DNA of 64,000 nucleotides from Schmidtea nova (GCA_044892505.1 CM097882.1:237584001-237648000), one strand, 5' to 3'. Numbered from the stretch's first letter, positions 8,804 to 23,043 are shown. The notes: a model not told the origin generated them from the letters alone. Numbers and translations: made by a program.

Positions 8804-11661
8804 CCAAAATTTTATCACATTTTATCTTTTTTTGACTTCTGTTTCAGATATTCTTTTTAAGACAATACAACATATTGAAATACATATTGAAACACAAATG
8901 AAATACAATTGAAACTTTGTCAAAATTCTTTGTGCGTAAAAAATTATTTTTTCCTGAAATCTTTTAATTAAAACAACAATAAATACAAATCGCGTATTAT
9001 TACATTGTCACTTAATTTTTTTAAAATTTGTCTCCTAAATTACTTAAATGTTCTCTTAATTTAATTAAAATGTCTATTAAATTAATTTAATGATCACTAG
9101 GCATAAATGGTCCCTCAAATTAATAAATAGGTCTCTTAATTAATTTGATTGGCCGAATAAGTTTAATTAAAATGTTATTGATTGTGATCACTAATTTTGA
9201 ATTACCATTAACAGTTGCTTATTAATTTTCTCTTAATTTCAATGTCATTTGTTTCATTTTTATTTACAGACATGCAAGTTAACCATAAAACTATTAATTT
9301 GAAAGAGAGCAAACATAGAAAACATTTGTTGGGCAAATTAAACTCCAAAATACACAAATGACCCTTCCACCAGTGGCCGATTATCAAAGTGATGAATCAG
9401 ATGCAGAAGAAGTTTGTGAACAACAACATCAGCAAAAGCCTATAATCCATTATGTACATTCAATAGCCACAAAACAGCCATTAAAGTAATTTAAGGGACT
9501 ATATATAGTAAATTTAAGTGCTCAGGTTTTATTAATTAAAGTGATCAAGTCAGTAATTTAAGTGATTTCGCCTTAATTTAATTACCTCAAACAATTTATT
9601 TTTAAGAAAACTCAAAAGCAATATAATTAATTTCAGAAACTTCGAAAGATAAACTAGAAAAATCGAAATTGCCCTCAAAAATCCAATAAAGCCCAATCAA
9701 CTTGAGTGACAGGAGTCACTATATAAAATAAGTTAAAATTCTAAATATCACCTATTGGTCAAAAAGATATTCAAAAACTTTAGAATAAACAAGAGATAAA
9801 AAATCGATAGTGTGATAGTATCAACAAATTAAATCAAATCTGTGTAAAAGATAAAGCATTTCCCATTTTGATATTCACCCTATCGCAGCGGTAGTGCAGA
9901 CAAAATTGACGAATGTAAATTATTGTGTTTAATTCAATATAATTTATTGCGTTGGATGATTTGGTTAATTTTAAATAAGAGCACGAGGAGTAAAAAATTA
10001 ATACAGACTTTTAAAGATAAACTCAAGAATATATTGTCAAAATATTAATGTTGATATGGAATAAGTTTATTTAAAAATCTGAATTAGATCAATTTAGCTT
10101 AACCAAATGCATCAAAGTTTTAGACTTCTGTATTTGGGAGTATTCCTCAATACTCACCTTTCTAGTGTCGATAGACAACATTGGATTATCGTTCCTGTGA
10201 AACACGAAAAAATGAATCTATTTTACTTTTCTTTTTGAATAATCTCAAAACTATCGAAATCAATTGTGCATAATAAGATTAGATATCAAAATTTATAGAC
10301 AATTATTTCCAGAGAATATTGTAAAGTTCTATTGTGTTCTATATTATATAGTTTATTGCATGTTTTGTGATTATGTCATTTAGATCATTAATATATTAAT
10401 TACAAAAAATGAAATTTATTTTATTTATATTTCAGACCCACGATGAAAATTCAGAAAGTTGAGAGAAAGTGAAACTCAAATATAATATTTTAATTTTAAA
10501 GTGAAGTAACTTAAAACGTTTTACCTTTCTCAAAAACCTTTAATAAACATTATTGGATAATAAATATACATTATCTCTAACTACAAGACACACACACACA
10601 CACAATTTCGCATGATCGAGCGTATCAACATTTTTTGAATTTATTAAATCGCGAATCTTTAACTGTCTCATTATAATAAGAGTAAATGGGCTCGCCCACT
10701 TTCAAAATAGACGGCTCATTTGATCAATGTTGCTTTTGAATAATAATGAGCTATTGATTAAATATCATAAATCAATATTTTTAATAAAAAATTGACGCAA
10801 AAGTCGAGCAACTTAATTAAACTCACTTCCTCATGATTGGCATCCGTTCAATGTCATTCAGTGAGACCTGGAAAATGAAAGGACTTAATTGACTTATCGC
10901 TATCGGACAATTGAATCTTAAATCCAGAAGTCTGGATCAATTGAGTAATGAAATTAAAAATTAAAAATATCGGAAATATTATGATCGCATTGAAGCGATC
11001 AACTACGATATACATAGAAAGACAAAATGAAAATTGAATTAAAAATTTTCAGACTTTATAATGTGGAATATTGATGGTCAACATTATCTATTGACTGATA
11101 TGGATAGTTCGGTTCTATATTTACTTTCTTAATTTGATTTATCAATTAAATATTTTTTCAGTAATGGAGAAAAGAAAATTTTTATTTTTTTCTAACTTCA
11201 TAGAATTTGGAATATTTATTTTAAAACTTTTTTTGTCGAACCATTTTAAATCAATATCGATTTTTATGGATTTTTAACTTTTAGAATATTTAAGATAATG
11301 CCAGAATATTTATAATATTTAATTTGATTTTGTATAAATTCAAAAAAAATTATATTATTATTATTTAAACAAACATAGCAACGATTGAATTAAAGAAAAA
11401 CATTATTTATATAACATATGAACTATATATTTCGATGCCATTTTCAGGTATCCAGAAAGAAACTATGTTAAATTCAGTTTATAGAAACAAATTATTAAAT
11501 ATAATTAGATAAAGATTTTAAAATTTTAAAAATTATTTCAAAATATAATTTTAATTTAATAAAAACCAATCCACAAATTAATTTGAAAATGATTAATTCT
11601 TAACAATTTTTTAAAATTACTAAAATATTTAGAAATTTTTTATTTATTATATTTTAACAAA

Positions 11662-11904
11662 GGAAAAGACTGCCCGTCATATCTCTGTACTCGAGTTCTT
11701 GAACATGGTCGTCCGAAATGAGTGTCCAATACTAGTGATAAAATCTGTAACAGAAAGATAAGCATGTCTGATTTTAAAATCTTATCAAAAAGTCCTAATA
11801 ATCCTTATGAACGCATTTTATGTGAAGTGTTGTCAGTTAGATCTTTAAATCCTAAACTTAATATAGCTGAATGCTGTGAAAACGTGTATTTTGAATGTTT
11901 TTAA
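11662..11904 (+). mobile_element. Penelope-like retroelement 3' fragment (GIY-YIG endonuclease C-terminal part), degraded
   Basis: GKTARH-LCTRVLEH (frameshifted), then ICNRKISMSDFKILSKSPNNPYERILCEVLSVRSLNPKLN, typical of Penelope GIY-YIG C-termini. Confidence 0.65.
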
Positions 11905-12774
11905 ATAGTTTGTGTGTTAGTATGTGTGTTTTGTTGTATTAAACAAATTGAATAATAAATTTGGTTTTGTTAAAATTAATAAATAAAATTAATAATAAAT
12001 AAAATAAATTAATAAAGAAAATTATTAATAAAATTAATAAAGAAAAAATTACTAAATAAAATAATAAAATTATTAATTATTAATCATTTTCAAATTAAAT
12101 TGTGGATTGATTTTTAATAAATTAAAATTATATTTTGAAATAATTTTTAAAAATTTAAAAATATAACATCTTTATCTAATTATATTTTATAATATGTTTC
12201 TAGAGATTGAATTTATTATAGCTTTTTCTGGATACCTGAAGATTGCANNNNNNNNNNNNNNNNNNNNNNNNNNNNNNNNNNNNNNNNNNNNNNNNNNNNN
12301 NNNNNNNNNNNNNNNNNNNNNNNNNNNNNNNNNNNNNNNNNNNNNNNNNNNNNNNNNNNNNNNNNNNNNNNNNNNNNNNNNNNNNNNNNNNNNNNNNNNN
12401 NNNNNNNNNNNNNNNNNNNNNNNNNNNNNNNNNNNNNNNNNNNNNNNNNNCAAAATAAAAATTTCAGATATTTAAAAATCTCTTTGAAAATAAATGTGGC
12501 ATTTTATAAAAAAACATTTTTTTCAATAATAAAAAAATTGTATTTTGGATTAATGTAATTTGGAGAAAACAAAGCGGTGGAATGTGTGTAGCAAGGCGGG
12601 TATATTCACTCAATTCAGAAAATTTGTTCAAGAAATATTGCGAGAGAGTTTTGATTGTTTGAAAATAAGATACAACAGTAAAATCTAGAGAATCATCACG
12701 GGTGTCACTAATGTCATTCACGATCACTAATGTCTATAAGTTATAGATTGCAAAATTGCAAAATTGTGCAAAAT

Positions 12775-12985
12775 TGCAAAATATATTTCCTTTACTACTC
12801 AACTTAAGAAAAGAAAAAACAAAAAATTACTACAAAAAATGCAAATTAATTAATATAATGATAGAAAATAGGAGTCAGTTATAGTATAACTGACTCCTAT
12901 TATATTAATTAATTTGCATTTTTTGTAGTAATTTTTTGTTTTTTCTTTTCTTAAGTTGAGTAGTAAAAGAAATGCATTTTGCGAT
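12775..12985. repeat. Long near-perfect palindrome of about 210 bp
   Basis: Core ataggagtcagttata-g-tataactgactcctat (12868-12900). Outer arms are tttactactcaacttaagaaaagaaaaaacaaaaaattactacaaaaaatgcaaattaattaatata and its reverse complement, with an 8-9 nt bulge on the left arm. Confidence 0.92.
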
Positions 12986-14471
12986 TTTGGATGAAAAAAG
13001 GTGACTGGAATTGGAACTTAATTTTCAGCAATTTGTTTAGAAAACAAATTTTATAAATAATATTGAAATATCTAAATCAATAAATTTTAATTAACTTTTA
13101 AACTTTATTGTTTTATTAATCAGAAATTTATTCTAATTTTATATATTTTTCTTTTGTACTATATACCTATTTAAATTTGAATTTTTATATGAATTTAGAG
13201 TTTTCAGGCATTTAGATTTTAGTGTTATAGTTCAAATCAACCTTTTTTCTTTCTAAAAAGATTATTATTAACAATAAATTTGCAAAGGAGAGTTTAAGAA
13301 TCATTATTTTTACTTTTCCTCTTTTTACTTTGATATTATTTGTTAGTCCATGTAGTATTTGTTGGATAAAAACCGTTTAATTATTTCATAGATCCTTTCA
13401 AACGTGGGCTATTGAACATATTAGCTTTACATTTTATTGGAAAAAATCTATTTTCAAGATTTAGGAAAATTAAGAATTTGTTTTGTCGACGTATTTAGGT
13501 ATTATATATTTGCTGACCTCCACTATTGAATTCTAGTAAAATTACTTGATTTTATAAAATCTTAATTATTTACTAATTATTTTATTTTCTATCAGGTATT
13601 TTTATTTTTAATATATTTTATGACAATAATTTATTATTCAAATACATTAATTTAATAATCAAATTACATAATTATCGTATTAAGTCCATCCGTCCGTAAC
13701 TTCTAAATTATTTTTATAATTTTTATAAATTATATCAAAATATTATTATCTACTGATAATTATAAGTAATAAATTTTATAAAAATAATTTTTGATTTTTA
13801 AATTTTTTGATTTTTAAATACATCATATTTTATAATATATAATTACCTTTGCACATTGTTCCAGTACACCACGTGAATTTTACGGATAACAGGAAGTTTT
13901 ATTTTAATATTTTAGAAATATCTTTTTTGATTCACCTTTTATAGTTTTTAAATTTTATAAGCTTTTGCTAGTTTATTTTTCGCATTGATATTTATGTTTT
14001 CATTGTTTTATATAGGCAGTCAAATCATTTTACATATTATCAATTATATTGAAACCCAAAATTTATGTGAGTTATTGTCACAAAAGCCAAATTTATTGTT
14101 TTTGCAGACATTTTTTTATTAGTTAAAGGTGCTATGTTACAAAGTAATTATAATAGTAATAGGTTTATCTTTTCGATTAAAAATCGTTTTTTCAAAATTG
14201 TTAATATTGTAACGAATAAATATTGACGATTTGTATAACGTTTAACTGGTCTTAAAGTGTTACCTTGCATTATCAACGTTGTACCATGGTGGTAAAGCAT
14301 TAAGGTTAAGCGATACTTTTACCAGAATACTCAGTTCTTTAAAAATTCTACAGATAACCTTATCTTTTTACAATCTTTTCTGTTTCAACGTCTATAAGAA
14401 TCAAACGAAAAATATTTGAAACATAAAAATTACTTAAATTATTGACATTTAAATATAAAAAAGTTTTACAG

Positions 14472-14474
<3 letters not shown>

Positions 14475-14517
<43 letters not shown>

Positions 14518-14592
14518 TTATTTCAAATTAAATTTTAATAAATTTATAATTATTAACTACTCAAAAACTTTTAATAAAAAGTTTTCATTAAC

Positions 14593-14649
<57 letters not shown>
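14475..14649. repeat. (TA)n microsatellites (two arrays)
   Basis: Directly visible. Further (TA)n arrays lie at about 16394, 16693, 32549, 33976, 46087, 47961, 50638 and 61725. Confidence 0.95.
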
Positions 14650-14651
<2 letters not shown>

Positions 14652-16390
14652 ATATGCAAAAATCTCCAATTGATAAATTTTCATGTAACTTTCAGAAATG
14701 AAAATTAATTTATGCCAATATTTGATGAGTTTAAAATTGAAATTAATTTCAATGAAAAAAGTGAAAATTTTCAAATTCAAAATTGAATTTTAATAGAAAT
14801 ATAATAATATGTAGATTATACATTTATTGTCAATATATTGTCAATTTTTCTAGATTTCATTTGATGGAAATTTTGCATTTTGAATCATTAATCTTATTTA
14901 ATTAATATATAATTAATAATGAATGAGGTTTATGTTTTCGTAAGTATATTTAAAATTTATAATAACAGTTTGCAATTTTTCTATGCAATTTTTGTTCATA
15001 GAAGCTTGTAAAGCCTTGCCTAGTTGAGCTAATGCATCTTTTAGTGACATGGATTTCATTAATATAAAGTAAATATATAAAATAATAACGCATTTCCATA
15101 GTATTCTTTTCTGACATCTTAGAAAAACTCAACTTTTAAGCTATTAAATACGAAAATTTTGTTTTGATGGACACTTTATTATTTATAAACGAACGAATCT
15201 TTTCTTAATTTAATATTTGAATAATAATTTTAAGCTGTTAACTACTACAATAAAAATTATTTTTTATTTAATCTAAATGTTTTTACTGTTAAATAACTCT
15301 AAATAATTGCCCATTTGATGTTTCAAATCTTGATTGCGGAAGTTTTATTCAAGATTTCAAGTGTTAAACGTTATCCAGGTTTTACACCTAAATATTCAGT
15401 GCAAAAAAATGTTGACCATAACTTTTGACAATTTGCACATTATTTTACATTAAAATTAAATTTCATTGCTTTAGCTGTTCAATTTTTCGATTTCTGTTAG
15501 TTGAATAAATTTTAAAATGACTGGCGAATTTTTATTCAAGTTTTGAATTAAGAACGTTTACAACGTCCCACCCATTCCTTTGTAAATTTCCTCGACATAT
15601 TTCCTCCAAGCTTCCGAAGATTTTGAAGTCTCAACTTTAATCTTAGCGTTCATTATATCAATGAAATGTTTGAACTAATTTCTTACTGAAATATGACAAA
15701 ATACCCCCCCATATATTTTGCGGCTAAATTTCAAACTTTAGAAATTCTAAAAATTAGATTGGCAATATCGAGAGAAAGACATTTTGGAATATGACCGCAT
15801 TTAGTAAAAGTTATTTCACAAACAGAGATCAACCATTATTTACAGAAATCACGTTTTTATATTTATTCCACATTTTTAAAACAAAACAATTAGAATCGAT
15901 ATTATTTACATTAAACACAAATAATATCTCTCAAATATTTTTATTTAATTAAAAAATTTAAATATTTTATTAAATTTAAAAAATGCTAAAAAGACTAATT
16001 CCTAAAAAGTGAATTAATTAAACTGGTAACTTGATTTTTAATAAAACAGTTTTATTTGCTATGAATATTTCTATGACTTTAAGTTTAAGATGTTTACTGT
16101 AAAAATACATAAAAGCATAACTTTTTTTATCTATACATATAAGTATATTTAATAATTATACTAATACATTAATGATAGAATTCCCTGATTATCATGCAAC
16201 TTAAATTCCAAAATATTTTTAAAGTTATTTGATAAATGATTAATGATATTCAATAATAATGTTTACCATATTATTTAACAATAGTTTTCTTTTATTACAC
16301 AATATCGCATGAAGTATGTATGTCGCAAATTAGCCCCTATCATTACCAACTGGTAAAAAATGAAAGACGCCAATCAGTGTTACCTGTCAG

Positions 16391-16479
<89 letters not shown>

Positions 16480-16480
16480 T

Positions 16481-16690
16481 ATCAATAATTCCTATAATGG
16501 ATGACTATAGATCAAAATTTCTTTAAATAAGTACAAAATATTTCGGCACAGCCTTTATACACACTTGATAAAGGCTGTGTTAAAATATCGTGTACTTATT
16601 TAAAGAAATTTTGATCTATAGTCATTCATTATGGGAATTATTGATATTGATAATAAAAAAGTTCAAAGGTGAAACAAAAAGATAATTATG

Positions 16691-16692
<2 letters not shown>
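16481..16692. mobile_element. Palindromic foldback/MITE family, copy C, embedded between two (TA)n arrays
   Basis: gactatagatcaaaatttctttaaataagtaca/gtacttatttaaagaaattttgatctatagtc arms; (TA)n at about 16394-16476 and 16693-16750. Confidence 0.85.
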
Positions 16693-16755
<63 letters not shown>

Positions 16756-17599
16756 TTATAATTTATAATCTTAATTAATTGAAAATAAGAAAAAAAATTT
16801 CTTATTAATTTTGAAATTGTAATTCTAAATTTTTAAAGAAAAAAAATTAATAAAGTTGAAAACAAATAATATTAAATTAGTCCAACACTAATCAAGTATT
16901 TGAGACAAACTTGCCGACAATGAAAGGAGAAAAACCCGTCTATTTTAATTTTGTTATTGAATGTCATCGCAATATATCTCATCTGATTGCAAATGTATGT
17001 TGACCAACACGATTGATAATTATATTAAAACAAAAATAGATAATTTCACTTCAAATTACGATTGTTGATTTTTGATTAAGGTATTCCGCTTTATTTGTTT
17101 TGATCATTAGTTTCAAAAAGTAGCATCGTTAGATTTGTGAAACAGTGTCAATGCTTAACTGAAACCCAGAGAAAAGATAATAATGAAGTTAGTAAATAAA
17201 TATAAAAATAATATTTTTAAAAATTGTTTTAGAAGTTGGAATTATATATAATTAATCTTAAAATATGAACAATGAAAATACTACTGTAAACAAGAAACTT
17301 TTTGGAAATAATAATAATATTGAAAGGATTGTCAGAATCATATAAAATTATTTATATTATTGTTAGTGTTACGAAAATGAGTGCACAATAAAGGTGAGGT
17401 CAAAACAATTAAAATTCAAAAAACAGGTTCAAGTGAAAAAATTACTTGAAAATATGAAAAATTGAAAAATAAATATTTTGTGACAAAATAACTAATAAAT
17501 TATAAAAACCCTTATAGTCAGTTAAGCGTCAACAAAATAATCCAAATTTATTTTACTTTTTTAATGGGAGGAGTTTGGTAAATAGCGATAATGCTCATA

Positions 17600-18600
17600 A
17601 AAGAAGTTAGTTATTTTTGAACTGCCCTTTATAAAAGAAGGTAAATTTATTCTGACATGTCATTCTTATTCACAAAAAAACTATCAAAGTTTTTTAAAGA
17701 TTAGCACAATATTTGTGATTTCACATAGATTTTACAAGTTATTACAAGAAGCGTTGTCAATTTTCATTGCCAAATCAGAGGCAAAAAGAATAGTTTGAGC
17801 CAGATTTTTCTAAGATTGCCCGCATCTAGACCCAGGCCTTTATTGTCAAGTGTATTAAAGGGTAAAATCAGAGTCAGTCTTGAATGATTGTTAATTGAAC
17901 GATCGAATCTTTGAAATTTCTACCTTGAAAATAAAAAACTTATTTAATCTAGATACTGTTGCTTTTATATTTCTTTCCTGCCGAACTAATTATAATGTCC
18001 AAACACACTATAATTGCTTANNNNNNNNNNNNNNNNNNNNNNNNNNNNNNNNNNNNNNNNNNNNNNNNNNNNNNNNNNNNNNNNNNNNNNNNNNNNNNNN
18101 NNNNNNNNNNNNNNNNNNNNNNNNNNNNNNNNNNNNNNNNNNNNNNNNNNNNNNNNNNNNNNNNNNNNNNNNNNNNNAACAAGATAAAGTGCACCGTCAA
18201 AGTGGAGCATTGTAGACTATAAAACAGTTCAAATATAGAAGAGGTATTCATATATTTTGATGTTCGGAACAACTGGAAATTTGAGAAGTTTGCAGCAAAG
18301 TAAGTATTGGCTTATTCATGATTTTTTAAAATTTCCCAAATATCATTCAATTACAAAATCTTTGTTATCCATTCTTTCAGTAATGACTCGGTCTTCTCGT
18401 CTCAGAAAAAAGCTTATAAATGAGCACGTCATGCGGAAATTTGTTTAGATATTTTTTAAGCTTAGTTCTGCTAATATTATGCAAAACATTGATAAAGTCA
18501 ATCTTTATGTAGTTGAAATGAATTTTATTGAGAACGATTAACAGGATGCCTTTTCTGTTTATGACTAATCTATGTAAAAAAAGATACAAGAATGCAATTT
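17600..18600 (-). mobile_element. Degraded non-LTR (CR1/L2/Jockey-like) reverse transcriptase remnant
   Basis: Stop-ridden minus-strand segments ITERMDNKDFVI..L.NFKK (resembles ..MDN....G.FLD.KKAFD), a PQGS-like block and TILFASDL (resembles LFADD); interrupted by an N gap. Confidence 0.4.
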
Positions 18601-18922
18601 AACCAATACATATGGCAAAGACAAAAATGTTTTTTGAAGACAACTTTCCGGGAAGACAAAGAAGAAGCTTTCGAGAAAATTCAAAGTTTCTTATTAGCCT
18701 GTGAAATTTTAGAGACCGTTTACATAGCAATTTGCTTTTAACACAATAATTCCGTTGACGCATGGCAAAATTGTTCCAAAAAAAGAAACTCATATTAATT
18801 TGTCTATTTGATATTTGCTTGAATTTTATGACAAAATAGAGTGAAATTTACATTTAATATAATGCGCATCTCAGAATTAAAAAACTATTAATAAAAAAAC
18901 CACTTTTTCAATTAATAAATCC

Positions 18923-19165
18923 ATCATAATTATCTTTTTTCACCTTTGATCTTTTTTTATTATTATTATCAATAATTCTCATAATGATGACTATAGATCA
19001 AATTTTTATTTTTTAAACAATACCACAATATTTCGGCACAGTCTTTATCAAGTGTGTATTTCTCACACACTTGATAAAGGCTGTGCCGAAATATTGTGTT
19101 ATGGTTTATAAAAAAAAATTTTGATCTATAGTCATTATGAGAATTATTGACAATAATAATAAATC
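18923..19165. mobile_element. Palindromic foldback/MITE family, copy D (retains the left end)
   Basis: Left end atcataattatcttt is the reverse complement of the aaagataattatgat end of copies A and C and closely matches B and F. Core atatttcggcacagtctttatcaagtgtgt/acacacttgataaaggctgtgccgaaatat. Confidence 0.88.
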
Positions 19166-20520
19166 CATGATAATATTTAAGCAGGTAACTATTCAAAGAT
19201 CCTCTTCAATATTCCTTAATTTTAATATGGCTCTTAATTATTCTGCAATTGGTATTTTTTACGTATCGAATTGCCACTTCATTCTGAGCGGAGTCGCGTA
19301 AATATTGTCAAAAATCTAATATAACATGACCAATTGTGCTGGCAAATACTATTTTACTTATCATTAATTTTGTGAAACAAAAAAAACCTTGTCTGTTTGT
19401 TTAATTTTGTTATATTTTTATATTACTTTTTCTTCATTTTATTTTATTTTAAAATGAATTAAAAAAAGAAATTTAAAGAAAAATTACGATATGTAAGATA
19501 AATTAATAAAGTAACATTTTGTAAAATAATCATCAGTAGGTAGCAAAATGAAACTGTCCAAAAACAGGAAAGTTTATGGTAGAAATCAAGTTCGCAACAA
19601 AATTGAGCCTGGGACTAATTAAAAATGTTTAAATGAAACGGTTACAACAAAAAACCGATGACAAAAAATAGGAGCCGTTGTATAATTTAATACCAATGTT
19701 GGTAATGTGTACTATTTTGACTTTTTATAAAAAAATGATTTTTACAATTTTTCGTAATTACTGTAAGAGTTTATTTATTTTCAATCTTTAGACAGTTGAT
19801 AACAATTTTTAAAAAAAGTAAATAATTAAACATTTTAAAAAACCATCGATAAAATTTGTTTTTATTTGAATAAGAGAAAATCTAGATTTTGATCTATTTT
19901 CTGAAAAATAAAGAAAGTCGAAAAAATATAAAAGGTGTCTAAAGTTAAAATGTTAATGGTATTAAAGAGCTTGATCAAAACAACTATTTTAAAGAAAACT
20001 TATATTTTGTTGTCTTTATAAATTGTCTGTATTAATTATCTCAATGACAAATAACCTACAACGCGATATCAATAAATGTTAATTAATCGTTGAATATTTT
20101 CTACAAAATCTGTTCGAATATCATTCGAATTTCTGAAATTCAACTAACTACTTTTTCACCGAAAAAATATTGCTAGAACTTTCCTAGAATTAATAAAAAC
20201 GCCAGTAATATTGGCAAATTAATGTATAAAACAGTAAATGTACATTTGATCATTCGCTGTTTTCTTTTCATTAAACATTTGAGAAATTTTTTCTGTGGAA
20301 CGTATTTTATATTTTTGTTCACATTGTATTAAATGCTATTGAGGTCTTCTGGATGCTAGATTAAGACCTTCTTCAAAACTTATAAAAGGATCAATGAACA
20401 CATCAAAACTAGTTTGGACTTGAGAAGAATATAGAAACAATTTTAACTGTCAATATTTCCATTTTTAAAGCTTCATTCAAATTTCTCCTGAGAGTTTCTT
20501 TAAAGATTTTGCTATTATCT

Positions 20521-20565
20521 TAACATCAAGTCTTTCATTGAATGTCAATGAAAGACTTGATGTTA
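20521..20565. repeat. Perfect 21-bp hairpin with a 3-nt loop
   Basis: taacatcaagtctttcattga-atg-tcaatgaaagacttgatgtta. Confidence 0.9.
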
Positions 20566-20909
20566 TTAACATTATTATTAACATTCATTTTATTAACATT
20601 CAAACTTTTAGACAAACCTTTTTTGACCTTTTTTTTATCAATTGAACTTCCTCCTCATTCCTTAAAACAATAATGTCATTCAAAACCATATAATTGGCAT
20701 TTTTGAAGGCTAATTATCTTGTGTTTACTCAAAATGCAATGAAAATAAGCCGCTCCTTAACGTTATCTGTCACGCTGTTGATAAGGATATGGTAAACTAA
20801 TGATATAATTGCCCTTAACACAATTCAAGTATATAATGACAGTTAATCGGACGCACTCAACATATAGCAGTTACTGAGTGACCTTGAAGTGAGAAAACAA
20901 CTAAAGACG

Positions 20910-21362
20910 AACGGTGTCAAAAGTCTCGGCCGACAACCTTTATATTCTGCCCATCCCAGAATGCACAAATAAGAAAATAACAAATAATACTTAATAAAAG
21001 TTTAAAATAAATAATAACAATTTATTTTCAGTTTAGGACCAAGGCTTACTATATGTCAAGAGTGTCCAATATAGTGCATCTGAAATTTAACAATTTTAGT
21101 TAAACAATTTTAGTTAATTAATAAATCAGCCATTTAATTGACTCAGTATTGGTCTATGACGCTACATTGTTGGCTAACAATCTGTTTACATTTTATCATC
21201 ATCTTAATATTAAATGATTGATAAAAATATAACTTAATGAAACTAAAATGTGATTAATTGTTCTTAAGCACAACATTGCGATAAATTAAAAGTTATTCAT
21301 TCCGTGACTTGTAGTGAAATTTAGCCATTGGCCCGCTATCAAAAAAAGGTTTGACATCGCTG
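20910..21362. mobile_element. Probable hAT (Charlie-like) MITE remnant
   Basis: The right end ggcccgc...aaaaaggtttgacatcgctg resembles hAT ends (GTTTGACACCCCTG); the left end is degenerate (cggtgtcaaa..cggccg). Confidence 0.4.
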
Positions 21363-21399
21363 AGTTAGACTATTACTAAGACCTTCCAGTAACTTAATT

Positions 21400-21923
21400 A
21401 TGACATTTTGACTACCAAATCAAAAGACTATGAATAGTTATCACTTAAATGCCATTACTAGCTGCACTTTCTTTACAGCCATTTAGATCGCTTTTCTGAA
21501 ACCTTTGACCATGTAAGTGACGAACAAGGTAAACGTTTCCATCAAGACATAAAAATCATAAAAGAAAAGTAGGAACAAACTATTTACAATATTTATTTTA
21601 AAATAGCATTAATATTGCTCATATAATGAAATTGTATTTTAGATATCAAGGAAGATGGGACGCCAAAATCATGGCTGATTACTGTTGAACTCCCAGCACC
21701 AAAGAAAATTCCAAAGGTGTAGATTTTTACCGAAGCATTAAAAGCTGTACTTGTTGTATAATTTTGTTGCCTTTCGGAATATCATTCCCTAAGTAGAGTA
21801 AGCTTAGCAAGAAAACTGGATCTGATGCATAAAATATGATGTTATTTTCGAATTCAGCGCATCAATATTATACAAAATCACATATGATATCACAAACACC
21901 AGAACAATTTTTTTGTCCTTGTG
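21400..21923 (+). mobile_element. CMC/Chapaev-3-like transposase 3' remnant with terminal region
   Basis: LHFLYSHLDRFSETFDHVSDEQGKRFHQDIKIIKE, then a 74-nt GT-AG interruption at 21569-21642, then YQGRWDAKIMADYC. It ends ...ttttttgtccttgtg (Chapaev ends in GTG). The family assignment is from recalled motif similarity only. Confidence 0.6.
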
Positions 21924-23043
21924 CATTTGCGATTTTTAGTAATGACGAAAGATCCTCATAGGACACATATGAAAGATATGCTAATTTAGCAATATCTATA
22001 ATTGGAAGTAACTGTTCACAAATTAAGACATAATGTTTATTATTCATTACAACATTTATTTTGTCACTCTTGATCTCTTTTCTATTTGATAAATTTTCAT
22101 TCTTTTTATATAAAGACTATAGATTAATATTTCGGCACAGTAGTAGGCAAATGTGAGCACTCGAGAGAAAGCATATATTTCACCTACTAAGAATTAGTAA
22201 ATAAATTTAAAATTAAGGATTTTCATAAAGAATTTCTTTCTTTACAAAGAAATTCGAATGAAATTTTTAATTTACGCGTCTGACATAAGTAAAAACGCGG
22301 CCAAAAGTAACTGATCGACTTTTCCCATCCAAATATCAGTGGGATTAAAAGTTATGTTTATGCAAATGTTGTGGAGAATTTAATTCTCTACCATCCAGCT
22401 ATTCCAATATTTTAATTTGGAGCAGTGGTCATCCGTCAAAACTGAAAACAAAGTATTAAGCGAGTTTTTCGCCTCGAAGAAATTATACTCAGAAAATATA
22501 CACACGAGAACATACACACAGTGTGTGTTGATAATTTATTCTCAATTGGCATTATATAAAAAAATGAAAATTTTTATTGTGAATTTCTTCTAAATATTCG
22601 TAGAAATCCGGAATATTATCTTCCTTTATATGAAAAACACAAATAAAAATGGATTAATTTCAATTATTTATTTTCAGAAGCATTTATTAGATCAAATATA
22701 AATAAATATGTCCAATGAAAAAAATTTTAAAAATTAAATGTAAAAAAGTAAAAAAAAGTAAAAATGTAAAAAAAACGAAATAATTATTTTTTAAATAAAA
22801 AAACTCCAAAAGTAATAATTTTCTAACATTAAAAGTTAGTCTCGGAGGCCTCATTTGTGCCAGTTTAATAACTCTATTTTATGGCAGGATTATGTCTTTG
22901 AATAAAATAATACCTTTGAAAAGTGTAAAACTTTACAATAAATAGATTAAAATTAAATAATTTAAATGTTAATTTAAATTTGTATTAATTTGAGAAAAAA
23001 ATAAACGATTCGAAAAAATATCAAAAAAAACTGGTATCTTTAC

